From Dimorphilus gyrociliatus (Eukaryota > Animalia > Annelida): a stretch of DNA of 64,000 bases. How positions within the stretch are numbered: the stretch's first letter is position 1; every line of letters begins with the position of its first letter. Shown in pieces: positions 54,611 through 64,000 of this stretch. Below the pieces are notes generated by a model. That model had not been told where the DNA came from, made no database searches, and was given only the letters and a program-made list of their open reading frames with translations. Location of the stretch: the NCBI GenBank assembly GCA_904063045.1, contig CAJFCJ010000007.1, positions 2,487,404-2,551,403 on the forward strand. The letters are read 5' to 3'. Both the position numbers and the translations under genes were made by a program.

Positions 54611-57600
54611 ATGGGACATAAATTTAAATTTTCTATAGATAGGGGTGGAACATTCACAGATGTTTGGTCTCAACTACCTAATGGAAAAACTAGAGTTTTA
54701 AAGCTGCTCTCAGAGGATCCCGAAAACTATGCAGATGCTCCAAGAGAAGCGATAAGGCGAATTATGCAAGATGTAGTTATTAATTTATACATACACAGAC
54801 AAAAATATTCTCATTTATCTATCTATTATTAGTATAATAATAAACCAATCGCTCAAAATGAAAAGTTGGACGCAGCAAACATTGAATGGATCCGAATGGG
54901 AACAACAGTAGCAACCAATGCCCTTCTCGAAAGAAAAGGTGAAAAAACAGCACTTGTTATTACGAAAAACTTTAAAGATCTATTACATATTGGTAATCAA
55001 TCAAGACCTTCGATTTTCGATTTAGTTAGTACATTTCTACATTTGGAAGATACATTTAATTAATTAACTCTTTTCCTTTTTCAAGTATAATAAACTAATT
55101 TTCCGCTAATTCTATTTGTAAAGCAAGTAAAATGTCCGGATGTTTTGTATGAAGAAATCATCGAAATTGATGAACGAGTTGTTCTGCACCAGGACAACTC
55201 CTCGTTGTCGTACGAACATAAAATTGAAGTATTAGAAAGTAAAACGGGAGAAAAAATTGAAATATGGAAGAAAATCGATGAGGATACCGTTCGAAAACAA
55301 TTAATTAAAGTAAAAGAAAAGGGAATTAAGAGCTTAGCTATTCTGTTTCTGCACTCATACATGTAAATATCTATTATCTTTATCTAATAACATTATTTAT
55401 ATTTGTAAGAGATTAAAACCTCATTTATAAAATTTAAATTATTACTGCAATACAGGTTTCCCAATCATGAAGAGCAAGTTGGAAAAATTGCTAAAGATAT
55501 TGGCTTCGAGCAGGTTTCTCTATCGAGTCATGTAATGCCAATGATCAGAGCTGTTCCAAGGGGTTATACAGCCAGCGCTGACGCCTATTTAACTCCACAT
55601 ATAAAAACTTATATTGAAAACTTCTCTAATGGATTTTTCAATATGGAAGACCAAACTAAAGTTCTTTTTATGCAATCTGACGGTGGATTAACGCCCACGC
55701 ACAAATTTACTGGCTCAAGAGCCATTTTATCTGGTCCTGCTGGAGGGGTTGTAGGATATGCAATGACAACTTATAATGAAGAAACTCGTCAGCCAGTAAT
55801 AGGTTTTGATATGGGGGGAACTTCTACTGACGTTAGTCGCTACTCCGGTTCTTTCGAACATGTTTGGGAGTCGACAACGGCAGGTGTTACAATACAAGCC
55901 CCACAATTGGATATTAATACCGTAGCTGCTGGTGGAGGATCTAGACTATTTTTTCGTTCGGAAATGTATGTGGTCGGTCCTGAAAGTGCCGGAGCTCACC
56001 CTGGACCCGTTTGTTATAAAAAGGGAGGATACTTAACTATAACAGACGCCAATCTCGTTCTAGGCCGCCTTTTACCTCAATACTTTCCAAAGATATTTGG
56101 ACCCAATGAAAATGAAAGTCTAGACAAAGAATCTACCGTAAGGGCATTCGAATCGCTTAAGGAACAGATTAATAATGAAACTGGATCTCATTTGACTATA
56201 GAGGAAGTCGCTATGGGTTTTCTGAGAGTAGCTAACGAAAGTATGTGCAGACCAATAAGAGCCATTACACAGGCTAAAGGTCACGACACAGCCCGCCACA
56301 TTCTAGCGTGCTTTGGAGGAGCTGGTGGTCAACATGCATGTTCTATCGCTAGGTCCTTAGGCATTAAAACAGTTTACATTCATAAATACGCTGGAATTCT
56401 ATCGGCTTTCGGTCTAGCCTTAGCAGATGTTGTTGAAGAGATACAAGAACCTTGCGCTCTTCATTTAAGTAGCGGTAAATAATTACTAAAACTAGAAATT
56501 ATGAAACCTTCCTTATTTAACATAGTGTTATATTATTTTTCTTAACTTGTTCCCATAAAAGATGTTTTCGACCAAGTCAATAACCGAATAGACGCCTTAC
56601 AACAGCAGTGCATTGCTAAATTAAAAGAACAGAAATTTAAACCGGAAGATATCGAGCTTGAGGTGTTCCTTAACCTTAGATACGATAGAACCGATTGTTC
56701 GTTAATGATATCTTGTGGAAAGAACACGAAAGGCACTGCCAGCCATTATGAAGAGAAATTTACTGAGAAGTATTATAAAAACTACGTTAGATCGAATTAA
56801 TGCTATATTTTTACTTATGTATTTCACAGATACAAACAAGAGTTCGGTTTTACTGTGGCTGGTAGAAAGATTTGTATAGATGATGTTAGAGTAAGAGGAG
56901 TAGGAAAATCGGATGTACTAGATGAAACTCAACTTGATTTAAAAGATGAAGAAGCTGTTCCCATTGATGAATGCCTTTGTTACTTTAACGGATGGAGGAA
57001 AACAAATGTATATACTTTACAAACACTATTCGCTGGACAAAAGCTTTTTGGTCCAGCTATTCTAATTGACCAGACTAGTACAATCATTGTGGAACCCGAT
57101 TGCATTGTACAAATTACAACTACTGGTGACGTAAGAATAGATATTGAACCTGAAAAGCTGCCAGCGATCGTCAGCACTGAGTTAGACCCTATTCAATTAT
57201 CAATATTCAGCCATAGGTTTATGAGCATTGCTGAACAAATGGGCAGGGTCCTTCAAAGAACTTCTATTTCAACTAATATTAAAGAAAGATTAGATTTTTC
57301 GTGCGCTCTTTTCGGAATAAATGGAGGATTAGTTGCGAATGCACCACACATACCTGTTCATCTTGGTGCAATGCAAGAAACCGTACAATTTCAAATGAAG
57401 AATGTTGGTTCTCAATTAAAAGATGGAGATGTAATATTAAGTAATCATCCTTCGGCAGGCGGATCTCATCTACCGGATTTGACTGTAATTACTCCTGTGT
57501 TTTATAAAAATTCCAAAAAACCGGTATTCTTCGTTGCATCAAGGGGTCATCACGCAGATATAGGCGGTTCAACCCCTGGTTCCATGCCACCTAACAGCAA

Positions 57601-58828
57601 AAGTATTTTTGAAGAGGGTGCAGTTTTTAAATCTTTCTTTTTGGTAAGAGATGGAAAATTTAGAGAAGAAGAGGTTACCGAAGCATTTAACGAACCTTCT
57701 AAGTACGAAAAATGTTCAGGAACACGAAATTTACACGACAATCTTAGTGACCTAAGAGCACAAGTCGCCGCAAACCACAAAGGAATTAAGCTCGTTTGCG
57801 AATTAATAGACGAATATTCTTTAGAAACGGTTGAAGCTTACATGCAACATATACAAAATAATGCTGAAATTGCAGTTAGAAATATGTTGAAGGATATCGC
57901 TGAAAGATATGCCGGCTCTTCGGATATTTGTACCTTGGAGGCTGAAGATGCAATGGATTGCGGTGCTACAATCAAATTACGCGTTGAAATTGATAGACAT
58001 ACAGGGTCGACAATTGCAGACTTTACAGGGACTTCCCCGCAGTTAGAAAATAACTTAAATGCTCCAAGAGCTGTAACTCTTTCGGCACTTATCTATTGTT
58101 TGAGGTGCATGGTAGGATACGATGTACCTTTGAATCAGGGATGTCTTATTCCTATAAAGCCAATAATACCTGTCAATAGTCTTTTAGATCCTAACGAACA
58201 TGCTGCTGTGGTGGGTGGTAACGTACTCACCTCTCAGAGGATAGTCGACGTTATTCTAAAAGCCTTCAGATATTGCAGTGCTTCTCAAGGCTGCATGAAC
58301 AACGTCACGTTTGGAGACGAGACAGTCGGCTATTATGAAACGGTCGCGGGGGGCGCTGGGGCAGGACCCGGATGGCATGGAAGAAGTGGTGTTCATACCC
58401 ATATGACAAATACAAGAATAACTGATCCCGAAATAGTCGAAAAGCGTTACCCAGTTATAGTTAAAAGATTTGATCTCAGAAAAGATAGCGGTGGTATTGG
58501 CAAATACAGAGGTGGAGATGGGGTAGTTAGAGAGTTGCTGTTCAGGAAAGACTTGATACTTTCCGTACTTTCTGAAAGAAGGACTTATGCCCCTTACGGT
58601 TTGAACGGAGGGGGTGATGGCGTTAAAGGAAGAAATGTTATAGTAAAAGCTAACGGCGACACTCGAGAATATCCTGGAATGGTTTCTGCAGAAATGAAAC
58701 CAGGCGTAAGTTTACTCTTTTAATGTTAATTAACCATATAAATAAGTGTAAACGATTCTTTACAGGATCTCTTTAGATTACTAACCCCTGGTGGAGGAGG
58801 ATATGGTAAACAGGATTGCCATAATTAA
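54611..58828 (+). CDS. OPLAH: 5-oxoprolinase (ATP-hydrolysing)
   Basis: [76 protein letters not shown]; last exon 58766-58828 LTPGGGGYG...*. Confidence 0.97.
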
Positions 58829-59041
58829 TACATGAAAGGGTTCAAACTTCACAGCCAAAGATTTCAAATGAGTTATTAAAATGAGTAGCAAATCATATGA
58901 TTCAAAATCGTAATCATTCAATTGAATAAAATACGTTATCGTTCTAACTCTCTTTATATATATATAGTATATATATATTTATATATATATACATTGTTTT
59001 TTATTACTTAATTCACAATTTATTATTTTTTTCACATTTTA

Positions 59042-62000
59042 TTACTTTTTTTTCTCGTTGGAAAGATCAAACACTTTACCACTCAAATGTTGATCACCAA
59101 AAGTTTCATTATCGTCCTGAATAGTAGCGTTGGCAACGCTCAAGGTGATAATATCGTCATATCCAGTCAAACCGATAAATATTTGATTACCATCCGCTGA
59201 TATTTCGCAACAAGTGACATGCTTATCAGGACAGAAGGAGGCTAACAATTCTCCATGTTTTACATCCCACAACCGAATACTGTTATCTCTACCAGATGTA
59301 TTAAATGTCACACATTTCGTATTATCAGAATTAAGTGAAATATGAGTTGGTCCGTCGCAGTGACCTCTCAATTCATATTTCAAAATTCCACTAATTAAAT
59401 CCCAAACAAGTACTAGGCCGTCTTCCTGACCGGAAATAACAGTTTCCGGCGTTATTGCCACACAAGTTGGGCTATGGTTTGGTTTCCACTTTTTAAATAA
59501 AACGCCGCTATGAAGATCATAGACTATGAGAAAATATGGAGTAGGATCATCTATTTCCTTACAAGCGCAAACAATAAATCTTCCTTCGGCATCAATGGCT
59601 GAAATTTTTGTTATAAAATCGTTTCCGGGTATCCTCAAGTCGTGAATTAGTCTCCTGTTGACTAAATCCCAGACAAGAAGGGGAAAAGGCTTTTGAACTT
59701 CATCACCGCATACACACTTCTGGCCATTGTCAGAGACAAGTAGGCTGTCCAGAAAACGATCCTCTCCCGCCTTAAAGGTTGCTATCACATCGCCAGAAGA
59801 GGCATTTATAACATTTATATACATTCTATTACGAGACAAAGCAATAACGTGTTCCTCGTTATGTATACCGAAAAACGGCATGAAGAGATTCAAAACACCT
59901 TTAAGCTTTGTTAATAATTCTCCATTATTTAAATCATATACCATTAATTCTCGGTCGCATAGTACTACAGCTTTTGTTGTGGAGGACATTTTAACATTTT
60001 TTGGCTCATTCAAGCCAGAGAGCGTTCGAACAGTTTGGCCAGATGACGTATTAATAACTCTGAGTCTTCCTTCCTTCTCCAAAACGACAATGTGTCGCCG
60101 ACTATTTTTTACGCGAAAGATTGCCATAATGGAGCATCTTTTTTCATCCTCTACATTACTGTAATACGGTAAACAAGGCGGTTTTGGTGTGAGCAAAGGT
60201 GTACAAGGTGATTTGATGCATTCATCTCGCATTTTTCTTACTGCGGGAGCGTCATTTAATATTTGATCATTATCACTTGGTAATCTTAAATATAATTGGG
60301 AATCCAATTGAGAACCATCATGTGATAAAGGTCTAGAGCACTTTTGCAAGAATTCAAGTAGAAATGATAAGGATGAATTCTTGGGCTGCAGTAACAAAGC
60401 AAGAGATACGTCGTGCATAGCGCTAGAAACTGAAGAAGAGCATATTCTCTTCCTTAACCAATCCTTATTCAGGACATAATTATCAACAAAACTTTCATCT
60501 TGTAATTTAAACATTTGCCAGGACATTTCATCAAATTTTCGCCGATTATACTCATTTCCTATAGTTTCCGATTGACTTCGAAAATAGTCGAGGAGGGACT
60601 GTCTTATCGGTTTAATATCTTTTTCATATTTTAAAAATAGGGAATTGCTAAAATTCGAATGTTTTATTCGCGTTAAAACGTACCCAGACATGCTAAATTC
60701 AGTTAAGAAAGGTTGTAGATGGCGTTTAAAAAAAAGAAAAGCATAATCTGCCGTGTATTTCCATTTATTTGAATCGTCTTCCATAAATCGATCGTTGCTG
60801 GAAAGTAGATGAAGCATTTCTGTCTGATTTAGACCGAATCTGGAACAGGCCAGAAATAACGGAATGTAACGAAATGATTTACCAAAATTCAATTCCAAAG
60901 TATCACATAGTGCATCAAATTGCTCTTCATATGTTGAAAATAACTGAGGCGTCTCTTTCCAAAATTGCGAGTGAACGACTAATAATTTTGCATACATGGG
61001 ATTTCTCAAATCCTCAAGGTGTCGTTGTAAAATATGCTGATACCTATTAGCGATTCCTATACTGCCTTGTTCACTGAGACTAAATTGAAATTGGGTAAGG
61101 GAATCGGTCGCTGTTAAAGGCGGAATTTCGATTTCATAATCTAGCCTCTCAAGAACAGACCTTATTGCCATATGAGATGCAGAATCGGTTTGTGTTGTAA
61201 TTATCAGTCTAACGTGAGCGGGTAAATCCTTAGGAATCCAACCCCAACCACCTCCTCCTCCTTCTGCTAGGGCGTTAGCTCCATCTAAAATAATTAATAG
61301 GGGAACGCCCTTAGCCGTCTTCTTAATTAGTTCTCCAAAGACGGCAACGTATTGTTGAGTGGTTCTGTAGGCAAATGATAAGGGAGCGTCAGTCAGCATG
61401 CAAAGCTGCTCAGATAAGGTTCTCAAAAGCTGCGCCAAAGTATTTGAAAAGCTTGTAGAGGCTACATGTCGTAGAATACAAATACCCCCCGTCCAATTAC
61501 TTTGATAGCAATAATGATGAGCCAACCACGAGGCTATTGAACTCTTACCACAACCTCTGGCTCCGTGAAGTACAACAGGATGAGAGACATCGGATAGGGA
61601 ATTGGGGTGACGTGTTATTAAATAATTCTGTAGCTTAGATATGACGTCGGCCCTACCGTTAAATTTACTTATAATTCTCAAACTCTGCCGGGCTTGCGCC
61701 TCGATCTCTTCTTCGAGCATTCGAGAAATTTCTATATAAGGTAAATATATAAAAGACGTTAAAAGTAATGACATTTCTCTTTTTATATATTTCTACATAC
61801 TCCTTGTATAAGTTCGTTTTCTCGCTTCCGTTACAGTGTCTAATTTCCTGTCGATCAACTCTTTTACAAGTTTAGTCACATCTACCTTAAGGCTATCTAG
61901 ATATTTTGCATGAGCAATGTGTTCTTTGTTAATACCGTCGCCTAGCCAAGGCAAGGTGTAAGTAAGATGCTTGCTAGCGTCTACTTTTTCTGTAGTGGCT

Positions 62001-63220
62001 TCAATGATTTTTGACAAATGAGTCAATAGTTGCTCGTCAATACCGCCGTTTACATCAAGATCGAAATAATTTTGCGGTAGCGAATTATTATTTTGATGAC
62101 CATTGAATGTGCGTTGTACAAAAACGAAAGAGCCGTCAAGTGCAGTTTCCTTTAGAATCGTTTCATCTAATTCCTCCTCTAAACCTTTAAAGAATGGACA
62201 TTATTTGTTATTTCTTAACAATTCGTCACGCACGGTACTCACTAGAACGCAAATAAGAATTCATCAATCCATTTAGAACTGCCTCCTTCTCCCATTCAAT
62301 CAAACCACCTGGTGGAGGGGAACAAAGCTTCGCCTTTGGTGGTATAACTGTATAGGCAGTCGACAAGAGCGTCTGTGCAGCGGCATCGTGACAAACATTT
62401 TGCATTATTGTATTATAATCTTCAATATCGATTTCAGTTGGAAGGGAAAGAGGTCCTATTTTATTGCCTATGCAAACTATAGCCAAATCATGTTTATATT
62501 TTCGTAAAAAATACTTAGATAAAGTGCGGTCAGCGTGATTGCCATATCCGGAATACATTACTTCGAAGTCGTATCCCCTTTCTCTCAAGCTATCACGTAT
62601 TTCTGGGAAGATATTGGAATCGAAAACTTTCTTTTCAACTTCCCATTCAATTCCATTCATAATCAAGTGTAAACGAATTATATTCTCGTCGTCACATATT
62701 GTATTATCCATACGCCCATACAATAACTTTTGTATTCGATTTTGCAAAGTCGAAATGGACGCAACTTTTGGATCTTCAGGCTTTGGTAGAGAAGGTGACG
62801 GCGGTCCGTGAGAACTTTGATGAAGAGGAGATTCGCTGTCAAGTGGTTCGGATGGTTCTTCGTCTAAAGAATCGTCATTAGAGCTACTATCACCCGATAT
62901 ACTGGTTCTTTTTCCAGTTTTCGTAGAGTGAATAGACCTTTAAGTTAGAAAAAAGCTAATTAAGAACAAATATTCAAAATTATTCGTATGAATGCAAAAG
63001 ATCCTTATAAAGGTAACATAGAGTCGTTATATGTTTTTCCCCATAGCAACAAACTATAATGATGAACGCAGGTTAACGCGTTGAAAGATACTTAAATTAT
63101 TGTCAGGCCTAGAAGCGTTTAAAATTTGTTGTGCAAAATGAAATTAACTTACATCTCGTTTCTGGTTGAACTGTTGTTATGAGTTTGAGGCGGTACGCCG
63201 TTGGAACATCCCGCCCCCAT
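59042..63220 (-). CDS. NACHT and WD40 repeat protein (NWD1/NWD2-like STAND NTPase)
   Basis: Walker A GARGCGKS, Walker B LLIILDG and WD40 repeats in exon 59042-61731. The N-terminal NWD-type region lies at 62226-62747. Exon 1 begins MGAGCSNG at 63220 and exon 2 (from about 62937) is in frame. Confidence 0.88.
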
Positions 63221-63672
63221 CTTCTTCTTTTCCGTTCCTCTTCGAGAGAATGAATGTCGAGCAACAAACGCGGTGACGTCATTACACATCGATTGAAGAT
63301 AGCGCTCGGGCATATGCGTTGTTGCCATAGATATTAACTACGGTTAATTGAAAAATGCGAATAAAAAAAACTCTTTCGAGTAAAGGCTTTTCGTTCAGCA
63401 AAACTCAATGGGTTATTGATCAAAACTGATGTTGCATTGTGTTCTAGTTCTTGAATTTTAATTTTTCTGCTTATTAAGAGCATATCTTTAACTCCACTTC
63501 ATCATTCTTAATTCGTATCACGCGCCATTTCTATTGACGTCATCAGTGACCCAGAAATGTTTATGTTCGGCGAAAATCGGTAATTTTCGGTAACGAATGA
63601 GCACTCCTGTTACAAATCGCTTATTTACATTTAACCAATCAGAAGCGAGAACACTGTAATGGTGAATCCAAA
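63221..63672. promoter_or_regulatory. Bidirectional promoter NWD-like/next gene with two CRE palindromes, CCAAT and YY1 motifs
   Basis: TGACGTCA at 63274-63281 and 63535-63542, CCAATCAG at 63635-63642, and CAAAATGGCGG at 63669-63679 overlapping the ATG. Confidence 0.6.
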
Positions 63673-63808
63673 ATGGCGGGTATATCATTATAAGCTTTTT
63701 TTTTTAAATTTCATATGTCTGATTATATTCTCAACATTTAATCATCGATTAACTCAACTACAGATTACGATCCTTTTCAACCATACGAAGAACAAGAGCA
63801 GTATGACG
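63673..63808 (+). CDS. 5' end of an unidentified gene (MADYDPFQPYEEQEQYD...), continues beyond the window
   Basis: ATG GCG G|gtatat (63673-63679), then ctacag|ATTACG...GAC G|gtaagt (63764-63808), in frame and preceded by CCAAT and CRE motifs. Confidence 0.6.
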
Positions 63809-64000
63809 GTAAGTCTTGCCATTTCGGGTTGTCGCTCTTGTAGAATCATTAGTACTAGCTATGTCATTGTTAAATGAGAGAATTTGGCTTTTTACAACGT
63901 GTATCCGCAAAAATGAAGGCTTGTTTTATGATGTATAAGTATTATGTAACTCCTATACCGCAAATGAGACTCTGTTGCAAGCTTACAGAAATTTTAAATT

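Overview
Eukaryotic, AT-rich, very gene-dense animal DNA with mostly 50-90 nt GT-AG introns and about 18 protein-coding genes in 64 kb. It looks like a compact-genome lophotrochozoan; an annelid such as Dimorphilus is a guess, not something the sequence proves. Gene order: class A GPCR (+), MRL/lamellipodin-type RA-PH adaptor (-), G-alpha-s (+), PARP16 (-), SEH1 (-), NEURL2 (+), SSRP1 (+), variant ionotropic receptor (+), PAN/C-type lectin membrane protein (+), SUEL-lectin/CUB-like membrane protein (-), tandem death-domain protein (+), EF-hand protein (+), afadin (-), IFT88 (+), SLC2A13/HMIT (-), CYB5R4-like reductase (-), OPLAH (+), NACHT-WD40 NWD-like (-), and the start of one more gene (+). 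The standout is the G-alpha-s locus. It has two homologous alternative first exons and two homologous 147-nt terminal exons, one ending in canonical QYELL and the other in a Gi-like QMGLL. The receptor-facing surfaces therefore appear swappable around one shared Gs core. No CRISPR, rRNA, tRNA or clear transposon was recognised. All exon models were read by eye from GT-AG sites and frame continuity; no database search was run.
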